A stretch of DNA of 55,067 nucleotides, filler included, from Trypethelium eluteriae (taxonomy: Eukaryota), in NCBI GenBank assembly GCA_051942245.1. It is 2 parts of 2 records of this genome, joined end to end, with 100 filler letters (N's around TTAATTAATTAA, not from the genome) between each part and the next. Parts side by side here need not be neighbours in the genome. Positions count along the whole stretch, not along the records: positions 1 to 27,492 come from JAVECL010000334.1; 1 more part is not named here. One strand, written 5' to 3'. The notes beneath the pieces are model-generated. The model worked only from the letters and a program-made list of their open reading frames with translations, ran no database searches and was not told where the DNA came from. Both the position numbers and the translations under genes were made by a program. The stretch's first letter is position 1. Each line of letters starts with the position of its first letter. Below, one piece after another: positions 1-12,876 of this stretch.

Positions 1-366
1 CTCCCCACCCCCACAACCTCCCACTACCCAAAAACCGCACTCTCGACGCCGCCGACGCCGTCCGCTGCAGCGCCTACGTCATATCTGCCCGTCTCGGCGA
101 CTGCGAGCCGGCGACAGTCGTCTGCGCTTGAGGCGCTGGCGCCGGATGGTGAGGCGGGAGGCGTAGGCGAGAGTCCGCTTGCAAATCGGCAGGTGGCGCT
201 GGCGGGGTCGAGAAACGTGCGCAGTGTTAGCGCGATGGGAGATCGGAGTGGGAGTGGGAGTGCGATGGGTGGGCGCAGGAGCAGCATGCTGCCGCAGCCG
301 AGGACGCGTCCGGCGAGTGGGATGATGGATTTGGGGAGGTTGGAGGAGCGGCCGCGGTGGAGGTGA
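1..366 (+). CDS. 3' end of a low-complexity S/P/T-rich protein, possibly Kar9/MigA-like microtubule plus-end protein (partial)
   Basis: Frame +1 is open from base 1 to TGA at 364-366: LPTPTTSHYPK...SYLPVS...SMLPQP...LEERPRWR*. It has two SxLP (SxIP-like) motifs and a terminal RPRWR, as I recall from fungal Kar9/GAS2-type proteins. Family call is tentative. Confidence 0.5.
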   Translation, partial: LPTPTTSHYPKTALSTPPTPSAAAPTSYLPVSATASRRQSSALEALAPDGEAGGVGESPLANRQVALAGSRNVRSVSAMGDRSGSGSAMGGRRSSMLPQPRTRPASGMMDLGRLEERPRWR

Positions 367-1013
367 GGAAGTGGGGGGAGAGGCTTTCTGTGTGTGATGG
401 TTGGTGCTTGGGTCTGTGTTGGAACGGGACTTTGTGGATGTTGGAATTGGGGAGGGATAAGGATGAGAGTGAGACGGGTAGTAGTGAGCGTCCGTGGAAA
501 ATGTATAGGAAGTTTGAACGGGCATGTTGGGAATGGCGCAGACATTTCTTGGGTTCCGCATAATATGAGAGCGCCGAGGCACGATTCTACCTTCATATAT
601 TGTGTACATTCTTCAGTATTCAGCAAGCGAGTGTGAAATTGTCATTCTACATTGGTCCCAGCGCATTGGGGATTGTGCGATAGTGGATAAAGTCTAGGAG
701 TAAGGCTACGATATGTAGTCATCCAACTATTATCGATCAAACATAGCGCAGCATGATTCTGTCAACAAAATTGAACAGGAAATTGACTCAAGAGGAAAAT
801 TCAGTGCATCATAATCATTTTTGCGAAATTATTCCAACTGGGAGCATGGTGAACTTGTAATATTCCATCTTCTCGCCCACGCAGAGTCTGAATGGTCAAC
901 TCCGTTCCTCAGGCCCGAAATCGTCGACTAAAGCCCATACTACCTGCGGTAAAGTATGCAGGTTACGACCCTCGCCATCAGCACTTCCGTCTCATGCTCT
1001 TCTGACACGATGC

Positions 1014-2528
1014 TCAGACATGATGTACATCCTGTTCCACACGGACCGACCGCCACACTCCATTCCGATCACTAGTATGATTGCCTTCATTGAAGGACGT
1101 CTGTGCCTTTGGAGGGCTGCTGATGACAACTTTGCTGGCAGTAGAATTGAAGTTTGGACTGTCGTATGTTGGAGGGTATGCAGGCCTGACGTGTTGGTCT
1201 TCAAGCTCCACGTAATTACTAGATTCGCTCTTTGGAGTATATTTCCGATGATCCAAAGGTGTGTCGCTTTCGTGCGTTTGCCTATTCGTTCGACCTCCCC
1301 AAGAAAAAATTGTAAGAAAGTTCTTAATTTTGGAGAGGTATATCCTGAAAAAGCGCGGAAGGCATATGAAGTTACCAACAAGAATGCCAGCACTGGTCTC
1401 ACCAACTCTATCAATAGGTGAGTCAGGTATAATTAAGGTATCCAGTAGACACATATCGTGACTGACGTGCAGTGCCCAACCTGGGTTAATACGAATGTAT
1501 TGTCTTCGCTGCTATTGTTGAGAAAACTAAAAATTACGAAAAGGATACTCGCGACAAGTGCACTCCCTTTATGTCAGCATTATAATTCTAATCAAATTAG
1601 CAGTCTAGGTAAGGGCTTTGAACACTTACAGTATCCCAATGAGAAAAATTAATAAAACCCCGACTTTCCGTTCCCTGGACATTTGTAAGTTCCAGATACA
1701 GAATATAGGAAACGCCAACATAAAAGCATCTGAGACTAAATTAAAAATGCTAATAGCAGGGATAAAGTGCTGGTATTGGAGACAAGTCCCGGGAATAGTA
1801 CGGTTCCATGCCCTTGCCCGAGGATTGCATTGCAAGAGAGCGATAAAAAATGAGGCAATAAATAAAGAGCTGTTAAGAAAGATAAATCCCTGGATCAATC
1901 GATATTTTCTAGTATAACTCGGCGTAAATAGATTCATAAATTGTAGGCAGATGGAGATCTTAGTAATAGCGAGGACGATAGGATACATCACTTCAGAGGT
2001 GTAACCAACCTATGGTTTCTTAGTAGCCAATGTGCCAATATGATGTACATACTTACTTTTGCAAAAGAGACGAGGTTTGTAATCGGGACATCCCATTGGT
2101 GTATCCCGGCTCCATACTGATAATTTTGCCAGTGCACGGCGATTCGAATGATGAGACCCAACTACGTTCACATTAGTGCTGATCTGCGGTATCTTTTCGA
2201 AGAACGTCAAGGCTCAAAGTTGCGCCTCTGGAGATTTGAATGGTGGGCAAATACCCATGCAAGGACAATTGTATCTTGTATGGTGTCAGCAGATGATGTA
2301 ACCTATTCAAGAAGACCTACAATCGGGCCACCCGTAGCTTTTGATGATGAAGAGCTTCGTATATATGCGAGCAAGGGTTGTGAGAGACGTAAGTGCAATG
2401 AACAGAATGTTGGTTGCCTTGAGAGACCCCGCAATTGAGTATGGATTCACAAAATTAGGCACGGTACCTGGCGGAGGTGGGAGACCGGGAAGCACGTTTG
2501 ATGGAGTATCTGTGGAAATGACTCCCAT
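1014..2528 (-). CDS. Fungal rhodopsin-domain (PTH11/SAT4-like) integral membrane protein, multi-exon
   Basis: Spliced reading: MGVIST...PPPPGTVPNFVNP...LARIYTKLFIIKSYGWPD / YTIVLAW / ...YGAGIHQWDVP... / ...KISICLQFMNLF...LQCNPRARAWN...GTC...FNLVSDAFMLAFPIFCIWNLQMSRERKVG / ALVASILF / GETSAGILVGNFICLP. Canonical GT-AG introns; stop at 1014. Confidence 0.85.
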
Positions 2529-4229
2529 TTTGGTTTTCACTCGAAATTTGAAGGATGAAAACAAGCTGGCAAAGCTCTGTTCTGGATAAGTCAGCCGTAT
2601 CACTTAGAGAAATGCGATGATCATAAAAACGACAAATCATGGTGCCGAGGAAAACAGCCACAACACTTGAAATTCTCACTTTGACTCGAGATCGTCAAGT
2701 GTTTTAGTTGAGCGAGACACTGGCGTTCTCAATATCATGCAAATCGCTTGCAAAGGTCTTTCTTTTCCCGAAATGGAGATTATCACCGTTATCCACCAAC
2801 TCCTAGGGTCGGAATTGGACAGTCTTTTTAACTTCGTTTTTTAAATTGTGGCCGCCGCGGCTGAGCATGGATGGTTGCAGCGAAGCTTTGCTGCATTTCT
2901 CGTGACAATGCCACCGAAGAAAGGTCTTGACGGCATAGGAGACCTGAGTAGCTGCATGGCAAACCCACAGGTACTCGGTTCATGGTTGCAGATTCCAGCG
3001 GTTTGTGCATGAAATTTTTTTTCGGCTCTTTCTTATCTTATCATCCAGTATCTCTATCTTAGAATTAATATTTCGTGGCCATCATCGACAGCATAAAGAC
3101 ACATACGATAGTTATATTTTGCCATATTCGTCGTCGTACTGCAACATTGGTCAGACAGAATACTTGTGCCGTCAAGGGTTCAATACTCTATCGTACTCTA
3201 TCACCTTTTTGCTCCACTGTTCCAGCGGCACCGATGGTTTCACTGCAGCACCGTACGGTAGGACCCACCGCGTTTGGACCCCACGTTACAAGATGCCTCA
3301 TGCACATGCACATGCAAAGTTTTCAAATCCCATGACTCTGGCGGATAGGGTCTCGGGGCTGAGAGGTGATCGGCTGCCCAGGAAAGTAAGTTGACAAGGG
3401 TCCCAAATCTGTCCAGGATTACGCCTACGGCTGCCGATGCGTCTTGTGCTTCTATTGGGAGGCGCTGGAATCCTCCAACATAGTTCTTATTTCGAGACCG
3501 TAGACGATCCCATTTCTCCAATTACTGCAAATTGCTTGTGAGCTTTCAGGTGTCTTCAACGTCGCTTTGAATCGGGCCTGAGAGAAGTTCCAGATACAAC
3601 GGTGGCCGTGACGATACGTCAATGGGTTAGGTACCTTTTAGCGTTACCTAGCAAACGCAAGGCATCATCTGGTACGGCGTAAAATGCCTCCGTTAGCGTG
3701 CAGCATACACAAGAGCATCTGCCAGTTCCAGTTTCTGGCTCAGCCTCAGCTGATGCAACCATATCCATGCTTTTTACAGCCAGTTGCTGTTGACTAATAT
3801 TTTGAAAGTGGACAGAGCTGGACTAACACTTTCTGGTAAGTCAGCACATTATACATATTGAGAGCAAGCACGTTCCCTCCGCACCTGAGTGTAGCAAGAG
3901 AGGAACTCAGTGTATTGAGTATGAAGTGTGTAGAGTCTAGGTTCGGTGGGAACCGCAGACGAGACTGAATAGCACATGCGCACTAATAGAGTACAAATAA
4001 GGGAGCATTACATAACCACCAAGAAGACCTCCAATGCTGCTGCCTTTCAACACGGAGTACTTCTGGTCACCTTTTTTTCTTTCAACATGGCCCGAGAGAC
4101 TCTCGCCTTTGGCAGGCACAACGAGACCACCGTAAGGTAGAACACCAACAATTCCGGGTGTTCGATTTTTAGGCTAATCTCCCGTAGGTTGTACATTCAG
4201 CATTGGATGTGCCAGGACCGAACAGGCTT

Positions 4230-6146
4230 CCTTCTGCATCCCGCTTTACCCACAATAGCGAGAATTTGAAGATCATGGGTGTTGCTTGTGGGACAGGGTT
4301 TTCCTAACTGAGGCCTATCGAGAAGAGCGAGCTGACGAGGGCACAGCATATGGCTCATTGATTTGTCTCGGTCATTGCCACACGCTCATCTCGACGGTTT
4401 TGAAATCTCCGACGCGCATTTTCCGCCGAAGCTTGAACTACCGAAGAACGTCACGTACACGATGCTTTAAAGCCGGTTCCCGAGCATATGACTGGGCAAT
4501 ATGACATCGTCCATGTTGGTCGGATCAATCTTTTCATCCGCCATGAGAATCCAGGGCCCCTTCTCAAAAATTTCATCGCCCTGCTTAGTGAGTAGCCTAA
4601 AGTCAAAGCGCTAACCATGCTATCGCATGTCTGGGTTTGTGCAAGACTGTAATTCACCGAGCCTGTAGAGTCCGGAGGGTATATCCGTTGGGACAAACTG
4701 GATGTAGGTGGTTGGCATGCAAGCGACGTCAACGTCAACAATCAGCATCCATACTTCGAAAAGATGAATAGTTACGGCAAAGCCTGGCTTGAGCTGAGGG
4801 TCGTACTTCTCGGTATTCAGAATTGCGTTCCTCTATCCAGAAAGTCTTCGGCTTACGCTGGCTTTTGCTATAGTTTGATGGTCGAGTTGCCTGCAATTGT
4901 CGTCTGTGATCTCGTGCCTCTTCGTGAGAGGCAGAAGCACACTGGCATTATCTATGGCGCCTTTGCCATTGGCACTTTTACCGGGCCTGTCGTTGACGGT
5001 GCAGTGGTCGACCATGTCGGTTGGCGCTGGGTATTCTGGCTGAATCTACCAGTGGCGGGAGTTGCACTTGGAGCTGTGCTGCTGTTTCTACGCGTGCATC
5101 ATGACCGAGAAGGGTCGATCTGGACGCAGCTCCTCAGCATCGACTACCTTGACAATGGGATACTCATGGCTGGTGTGACCGCTATACTATCGGCGCTATC
5201 TGGAGCGGGAACAAACTATGCCTGGAGCTTTTGGCATAGCCCCTTTCGCTACTTTCGCTAATGTTGGGTATCCTTGGCTTACCTGGGTTCGTCTTTTTTG
5301 AGGCCTCAACTTGGTGTCGCCAGCCTACCACGCCTGCCCATCTCTTTACCAACATATCATCGGCTATCACTTTCGCACTTACTTTTCTACATGGGGTAAT
5401 TCTTTAATGGGCGAGTTATTTCATGGCCGTCTACTTTCAGGCTGTCTTGGAGGCCTTCCCGCAGACGTCGGGCATCAACACGCTCGCAACAGCCATTCCC
5501 TTGGTTCCGTTCGGCATACTGGGAGGTATATGGATTGCGAAGACAGGCCGGTGGAGACTCAACCAGCTGACTGGATTCGCCTTGGCCGCAATTGGTATTG
5601 GTTGCTTCCGTGTATCAAGTCAACATTTTGGAACTGCAGTCTGGGTTGTACTACAGATTATCTTCGCGCCAGGCGCTGGCTTAATCCTAACGGCCACTCA
5701 CCGGCTATACAAGCCCCATTACCTGCGTCGGATGTTGCTTCTGCGACAGCAGCATGGGATTTGTACAGAGCCTCGGATTCATCTGCGGACTAGCCATCCC
5801 CTCAAGCATCTTTGATACCCAATTCAGCAAGCTCCTACCCCACATCTAAAAACCTTCCTTATGAAAGCATCTAAGCGGTGATGGAGCCTACCAACACGCA
5901 TCCTGCGCTTTTGTGAGCTCACTCCACAGAGTCGACCGGACTCAGGTCATCGATACCTTCGTGGCTAGCTTGAGATTAGTCTGGGAAGTAGGATCAGCTT
6001 TTGCAGGTATCGGCTTTGTCATTGCTCTATTTGTCCGTGAAGTCGAGCTAGGAGAAAATCCGACGACAAAGTATGGCTATAAGAGGGAAGATATATTGTC
6101 TGCTGATGCACCCATCGAAAAAGAGCCCTCACTAACCGTGACGTGA
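4230..6146 (+). pseudogene. Degraded MFS drug:H+ antiporter (DHA2/14-TMS family) pseudogene
   Basis: Recognisable pieces lie in different frames: ALPTIAR (~4240), VVCDLVPLRERQKH...GPVVDG...GWRWVFWLNLP (4880-5050), AVYFQAVL...SG (5425), PAIQAPLP.SDVASATAAW (~5700), LAIPSSIFDTQF followed by in-frame TAA (~5847), FVASLRLVW...FVREVELG (5960-6050). Several frameshifts have no splice signals to explain them. Confidence 0.85.
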
Positions 6147-6921
6147 GTAAAGTTAATAGCGAGAATTACTCCCGGGTGATTTTCATCAAGAATCCGGTGC
6201 CAATATCACAGGGCTTTGTTTCTGGTATTCCCGATTGATGTATACTAATCCTTGGCGCAATGCAAAATACTTAGAGTCAACATACTTGTCTTTTCTGATG
6301 GAGTTCATTTCCAGCAGCTGATGACAGAATTTCACTCCTTGTCAAGTAAGTTGAAGAATCCGAATGGAATCATATGATATGCTGAAGGCACATCAGGTAG
6401 AGACGAGGTTCAGGAAGTACTTAAATTGGCCGACTCTCTTTCCGAAACTAGAACCAACGGCCCTATCAATGCCGCAACAGTAATTCCGTTGAAGCTTTGG
6501 GCTCGAGATGAGCACACGGGATCGGAGATTAATGTCATATTCTCCGCCACAGACCGAAGAGTAGCGAAGGGATGGTGGAGCCCTCCGAGGGGATAAGCCA
6601 AGCTCAGAGAATACTCACTCAATGAAGGACTACAACGGCCTGGCAAGTCGAGCGAGCCATCAGGAAGCCATCCATGTGACCAATGACGGTATAGGGCGCT
6701 ACATAGTATGCGAAGATAGCTGAGACTAGAGAACTTTGCTACATACGATCAAGCTCAAATACAGGAAGATCAGAAGTTAAATAAAACCAAGGTAAACTCC
6801 AGGCTTTTTGCCGTCAGGTGTGATTTAATGCTCGGTTTACTCCGCAAGAATGAACAATCTCCAACCAAGGTGCCAACTTCCCTGATTGCTTCCCATATGT
6901 TGGCACGGAACATTCATTGAC

Positions 6922-8564
6922 TTATTTTGAGGCTCGTCTTTCCTTGATCTCGATCACCATCGGCTTCTTCTTGTAGATGAAGTACGCTTCTTGATCTTCC
7001 CATTCGAATTGACTGATTTGGCGCACGAGATCAAAATTAAAGAGCAGTTTGGCAAGAAATAATCGGACTTCTGTCCATGCGAACTCTTCGCCAACACAGG
7101 ATCTTGGTCCCGTACTAAACGGGTTGAAAACATCACTATTGTGAGTCTCCATCTTCACAGGATCTATCCAACGTGCAGGGAGGTATGACTCCGGACTGGA
7201 GAAATTTCGACTTGAATGATACGCGGCGAATTGAGAAAAGCTCACAAAGGTCTACTGCAGTGATCAGCCGCAAGAAAAGCAGCAGGCTCGATTGGGTGTC
7301 TTACTCCCCCAGGGATCCACTCTCCACAGAGTTGGGTACCTTTGTTGGGTACTATCCGGGGCAAAACATTTGGTAGAGTTGGTGCTATTCGCATCGTCTC
7401 ATTGATGCAAGCGTTCAAGTATGGCAAGTCACTCAGTGTTTTCGCTGTAATCTCAGCATCTGCACCAAAGGCAGAACGGATCTCGTTCTCAAGTTTCGCC
7501 TTGACCCCCGGATTCTTGAAAAGATGGTGTACCGTCGCAATAACCACACTGGCTACGGTCTCCGTGCCTGCCACGAGGAAATCAGCAAGGGCGTTAGCCA
7601 CTTCACCTTTGCTCAGCTCGCCTCCCTTCCCAGTACGACGGCAGATCCACGTTACGAGGTCTTCTTTTCCCGTCCGTGACAGCTCTCCGTTTTGTAGACG
7701 CTCTTGCGTATATTCTCTCACTGTCTTCTCAAACTTCACACGATTTGCCCACTGCGGATCTCTGGCGTTCACTAGCTTCCATAGCCACAACAAGCCAAAA
7801 GCCCGAGCTGGTACCACACGTGCGAACGCATGTACTGAGCTTTGTACCATCTGAATGGCAAATCGATTGTCTTCCCTTTCCAGGCATCGGAAAGAACGGC
7901 TAAAGGCAAATTCTCCAGCAAAGTCAAAGATCGCGTACTCCATCCACTCGCAAATGTCAACCAATCTTTTTTTCACTGTCTTGCTTGCAAGCTTTTCTAT
8001 GAATAAGTTGGTAGTTGCCATGATGAGAGGTTCGTGTTCGTGCAGCATTTTTTTAGTGAACGCTGGCGCAAAGGCTCTTCTGAATCTACCATGATCTTTT
8101 GCACTGGCAGCAAAGATACCCACCTCACCATTACCACGAGGTTGAAACCATTTCAAGGATTTGGGGAAGCAGCCTCCTGAATGGTAGCCATAGATTGCTC
8201 TCCAAGCTTCTTCGTCAATGTAGGAGAGCTCATCCGGCGCGACGCGAACCACCGGACCGTACCGTGCATGGATGTCGTTGATGGTTGTCGCAAAGTTTCC
8301 ACTCAGTAAAGCGCGGAAGTATGGAATGGAGGACGCTGTCCAAAGTCTGGGTCCCGGAAATTTGGCGAGCGGATGAAGATAGACATTGTAGACTGCGAGG
8401 GAGACGAGACACTTTGATGGCCAATCAGTCCTTCCCCATGCTCTAGCCCTCTAGGTCGCAAAAGCGGCGGCACCACTCACCAGAAACACCGACCCCAGAA
8501 CAGTGATCGAGAAGTGGGTCCAGCTGAATGAACTACCGAATTGGAATACTGAGATGTTAGGCAT
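6922..8564 (-). CDS. Cytochrome P450 monooxygenase, CYP65-like (Tri11/averantin hydroxylase type), 3 exons
   Basis: N-terminal anchor, then YNVYLHPLAKFPGPRLW, HARYGPVVRVAPDELSY, I-helix FLVAGTETVAS, ExxR (INETMR) and heme motif PFSTGPRSCVG. Introns at ~8412-8480 and ~7252-7304. Confidence 0.93.
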
Positions 8565-10904
8565 CGTTGACATAGGAGTCTGGCGGCGGCTCCGAGGACG
8601 TAGTCATGAGTGAGCTGATGAAGGAAAGATCAGGAAAGCTCAGGAAAGGCCGATTCAGGTCGGAAGCTTCGAAAACCTAATTAGTACCAGGTGACGAAAT
8701 TAGATTCCTCCCTTGGCATTCTGGGTAAAGAGATTGACAGTAAGTTGGCTGAGAACGCCTTAAGGGGGAGACGAAGGTTGCCTTACGCTACTGTGCCTCA
8801 CAGCTCCGGCACAGTAACCGGCTGAATTGACCTCACTAAAGCCTCCCAATTCCCCAAGAAATAAATTTTGCTCGTACGTGTTGCACCTCTTTGTTTTGGA
8901 ACTTACTGAGGCGGTTACTCTGAAGTACCCTATTTCTAATGTCCATGCGCCGGCTGAGGATGGACCTTGGGGACTTGCTCCTAAAGGAGGACATCAGTCA
9001 GCAGTCAGGCAGGAACTCAAGATTGAGTGTCTCCAGCGATGTCCATCTAGTTGTAGTATCGAGAATGGGCCTTTCCCATGAACGAAAACGTGAGATCAAG
9101 GAAAAGCTACGGATGGCAAAGCAGTTGCGGATGAGATTCGCAATGGCGGGACACAAGACAACGCTACCATACAATAAGATGATCTCAATCTCTTGTATAG
9201 GTCTTCCGTGGTTAGATTTCGTAGCGATGGCTCTGACGAACTTTGCAACGTGCCACGATACCCAAGCATCTCGGTGGAAATCAATTTAATAACACAGGAG
9301 AGGCTCTGAAAGGCGATTCCGGCGCGTGCAAACCAGATTGGGTGCGAAGGATCTTGACTACGGCTGGTCCTCCGTGGAAATACAGGATTGGAAGACCAGG
9401 CTCATGAATTCATCTGTGGGTTTGGATATAAAACAGGGTCTTTAAGATTCCCAGGTAATGTAGCCAAGTTCACCTCGGCCAAAGTCAAGGCGGCCTTGTT
9501 CGACAGGTTTCTGCCACACAGTTAAGGTATTTAACCCTAGACTAAAACAGAGTACGTCAAGTAGATACTGAGTAAAAGCAAATAAAAAGAGTGAGGGAAG
9601 GCAGGTACGATATCTTAGAGTAAAAGGGGTTCGCTAAGCTTTGGCCAACAATACTCTACTTTGAGGTACTGTAGCCTTTCAGGACCCCGTGCGCACATTT
9701 TCATCACCAAGTGTACACAGCAGTGACCCTCTCTGCCAGAATGGATTGTCTGGACATGAAGTCCTCACCTTGCCTCTGATACCTGGTCCGAAAGATTGAC
9801 TGGGATACATGTCTTCCGCTCTCTAGTCTGGGACGCGGGCGTTGCATCGCAAGGCACCGCTCTTCTTCGCGAAAAATGAGTTTGCGAAAGACTGGCTTGG
9901 ACCTCGACTAGGTTGAGATTGCTCCTCGAAGAAGCAGCTGCACAGTTGCTTTTGCTCAGTGTGAACAATGTCCCTCTACGATGGTACTCCGTACTAAAGT
10001 GCGATTTCGCCATGAGACGATCTCTCAGGCTCTCAGCGTCGATGAGAGAATTGTTCCCCAGCTAGCCTCAAGGCCTCGAGCATTTTTTTATACAGCAAGT
10101 AGGCGCATCCGATGGCTTAAGTGATGCTACTTGAGGGTATCTCTAAACAAATCGACGAGTTCATGCAAGGTACCTTAGAGTTACGAGTCAATTGTCCCGA
10201 CGGCTCCGCAATTCGTGAGAAATGATGTATTATTGTCAACTAAACCTCGGCCATGCCAGCCATCAAACGCGCCTACCTGCTGTTAAGGACTCTGTCATAA
10301 CCCATGGGCCAATATGGTTGAGGCCGGTCAGCACCTTAAGTGCATGAAATGCGAAGCAACCATTGACGTCATCCTTGATAACTAAGGCGGGCTAAGCGGC
10401 GCTAATCAAAGATTAGAGTAAGGGCCACTCATCGAGCATAGAGTATTATTCACTGCCCATCAATCATCTCGTGGGTTCTCGAAGGAATGGTACTGAAAAT
10501 CGGAAATCCTCCTGTCCGAAATTATTCAAGGAAACTAATCAGGATGAGCATTTTGAAGGATGTCAGGAAAGCACCGTGATTTTTACTTGCAGAGCGATTC
10601 CCTACACCTGCTTGCGATTTTCATCCGCATGGTCTTGGCGGTCGGCAGCCACAGTGAAGTCCAATTGTGAAGGGGATCTGGCCTCGATGCTTGGAACTAC
10701 TCATTTCGGTTATTCTAAGATGGCTTTATGCAGAGATACGACGGCTTCGGTAGAGACGGGACGCCCAAGAGCGGTCTCATCTTACAAATAGCGATCGACC
10801 GCTCCGTAGGATCCAATTTTTTGCAAGGCTGAATCCCTTCTTCGGCTGATATCAAGCTGTCCAATCTGAGCATTTCCTTGAATATTTTCGCCAGCGCTTC
10901 AATC

Positions 10905-12509
10905 ATGTCGCACGCAGGATATCGCATTCTTGAACTGACCGAAAAGATTCAAGAAAATGTCGCGATACTCAAGGAGCGATCTTCACTTCTGCAAACAGAT
11001 CTACCATCGCTTGATGACGGAATATCAGAAGCATTACAGCTTGATCCGATCTCCAGCAAAGCTCGCCAAGCCATAGCTGATCACACTGCTGAGCTACAAA
11101 TGACAGTGAGGGGTCCGGAAAGTCTAATTATGGCACCACCGGTATATAGTGCTTTCCGCTTGTCTCAATCCATAGTTTTAGTTACTCTACTTGACTAGAT
11201 ACTGATTCTTTCCAGCACAACGAAACGGTTAGTATTCATATAATTACTCAGTACAATATTGCTAGTAAAATCCCCACAGACAAGGATGAAGGAAAAACGT
11301 TTGCAGAACTCGCAGAAGCGTGCGGTTTAGGTGAAGATATCGTCAAAAGGGTCATGAGGCATGCGTGTGCAAGGTTCATCTTCAGAGAAGAGCCGAAAGG
11401 GATCATTAGACACAATGCTGCATCGAGAACTTTGGCGCAGAGTCCGTTATTACAACAATGGATTGGTATGGTTATGAATGAGCTTTGGCCTTGCGCGACA
11501 AGAGTAATGGGCCATGATACGGACCTGTCGACGTTGTACTAATCAGACGACCTACAGTTGAGCGAAGCCTTGCAAAAATGGCCAGGCTCAGAGGAACCTA
11601 ATAACGCGGTATGCCAATCGCCAACTCCTAACAGTGTTCCATCGATGCTTTCAAAGGGGGTAAAGAGAGGCAGGGCTAACTATGGAGTCAAACAGGCAAG
11701 TAATCTTGTAATGTCCACGGAACTTCCTGTCTTCCAGTTCTGGTCAACACATCCAGACCGAGCAAAGCGTTTTGCGGATGGAATGAGTTGGTTTGCGAAG
11801 ACTCCGGCATTCAATATACAACATCTCGTAGACAACCACGATTTCGAGAAGCATGGGGACGGAACATTAGTGGACGTTGGTGGCTCTCATGGAATCGCGG
11901 CGTGAGTCCTGACGATAGCCTGTAAGGTACCCAATGTGCCCCATGGCTGACTTCAACACCCGCCTAGCCTCGCCGTGCTTCAAAGTCATCCAAAAATGAA
12001 GGCTATTGTCCAAGATCTTCCCGAGGTTGCAGGACAAGGCCAAAAATCGCTCCTCCAGATAGAGGGCAGACTCACTTTCATGGCGCATGATTTTTTCACC
12101 GAGCAACCAGTAAGAGGCGCAGCCGTGTATCTTCTCCGCAATATCCTTCACGACTGGAGTGACAAATACGCCACTAAAATCTTGAAGGCATTAGTCCCAG
12201 CGCTAACCAAAGAATCCATTATATTGATAATGGATCAAATTCTTCCAGAGCCTGGTGCTGTTTCACATAGTCAAGAACTAAGCGTCAGGTAAGCTTGGAA
12301 GGCCAGGAGCTCTCAGAAAACGCCCAATTGATAGTCAATGCAGAAGCTTCGACCTTGCTATGCTAGCATTGAGTAATGGCAAGGAGCGTGATAAGGAAGA
12401 CTGGGAGAATCTTTTGATGAAAGTTGATAAGAGACTCGTCATTGTGAAAACCACAAAACCTTTGGGATCAGCTATGAGTCTACTTGAGATCAGGCTGAGG
12501 ATGGCTTGA
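10905..12509 (+). CDS. SAM-dependent O-methyltransferase (OmtA/COMT-like, Methyltransf_2), 6 exons
   Basis: Dimerisation/wHTH region (TFAELAEACGL...HNAASRTL), LVDVGGSHG, IVQDLP, FMAHDFFTEQPV.GA.VYLLRNILHDWSD (catalytic His), NGKERD..DW. Stop TGA at 12507-12509. Confidence 0.92.
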
Positions 12510-12876
12510 GCAAGAGGAAGAAATTTGGCTCATTGCAAGGAATAATGCGTATGTCTCGAGGAGGCGTTATGGAATCGGTGAAAAGCAAATCGTTATCATG
12601 ACCGGTTCAGCTGATTTCAGCGCTGGACTTCTCGAGCGGCAGCAGTAAAATACTGGTAGGTATTAATTCGCTTGTCACCATTCAGGGCATCCTCCTTAGA
12701 ATTTGCATATGTCCATTGATGAAATCTTCGTTCTGGCAAGAAACCGAATCGTTTTACTCAGCTGCCAGCGTGGTCGATCATTGGCGTCCTGCCAGTATAT
12801 ACCTCGGAAAGAAAAGTTACCGGCATTTTTCAGCTAGCCCCCCCTTCCTTGGTTTGCTTAAGGAAAGTTCATTAAA

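Noticed and set aside
1400..2100. AT-rich coding sequence suggesting RIP damage to the first rhodopsin-domain gene
   Set aside because: No premature stops and splice sites are intact; RIP indices were not computed.
8827..10791. Short ORFs between the P450 and the O-methyltransferase
   Set aside because: No recognisable motifs or coherent exon structure; treated as intergenic, though an eroded gene cannot be excluded.
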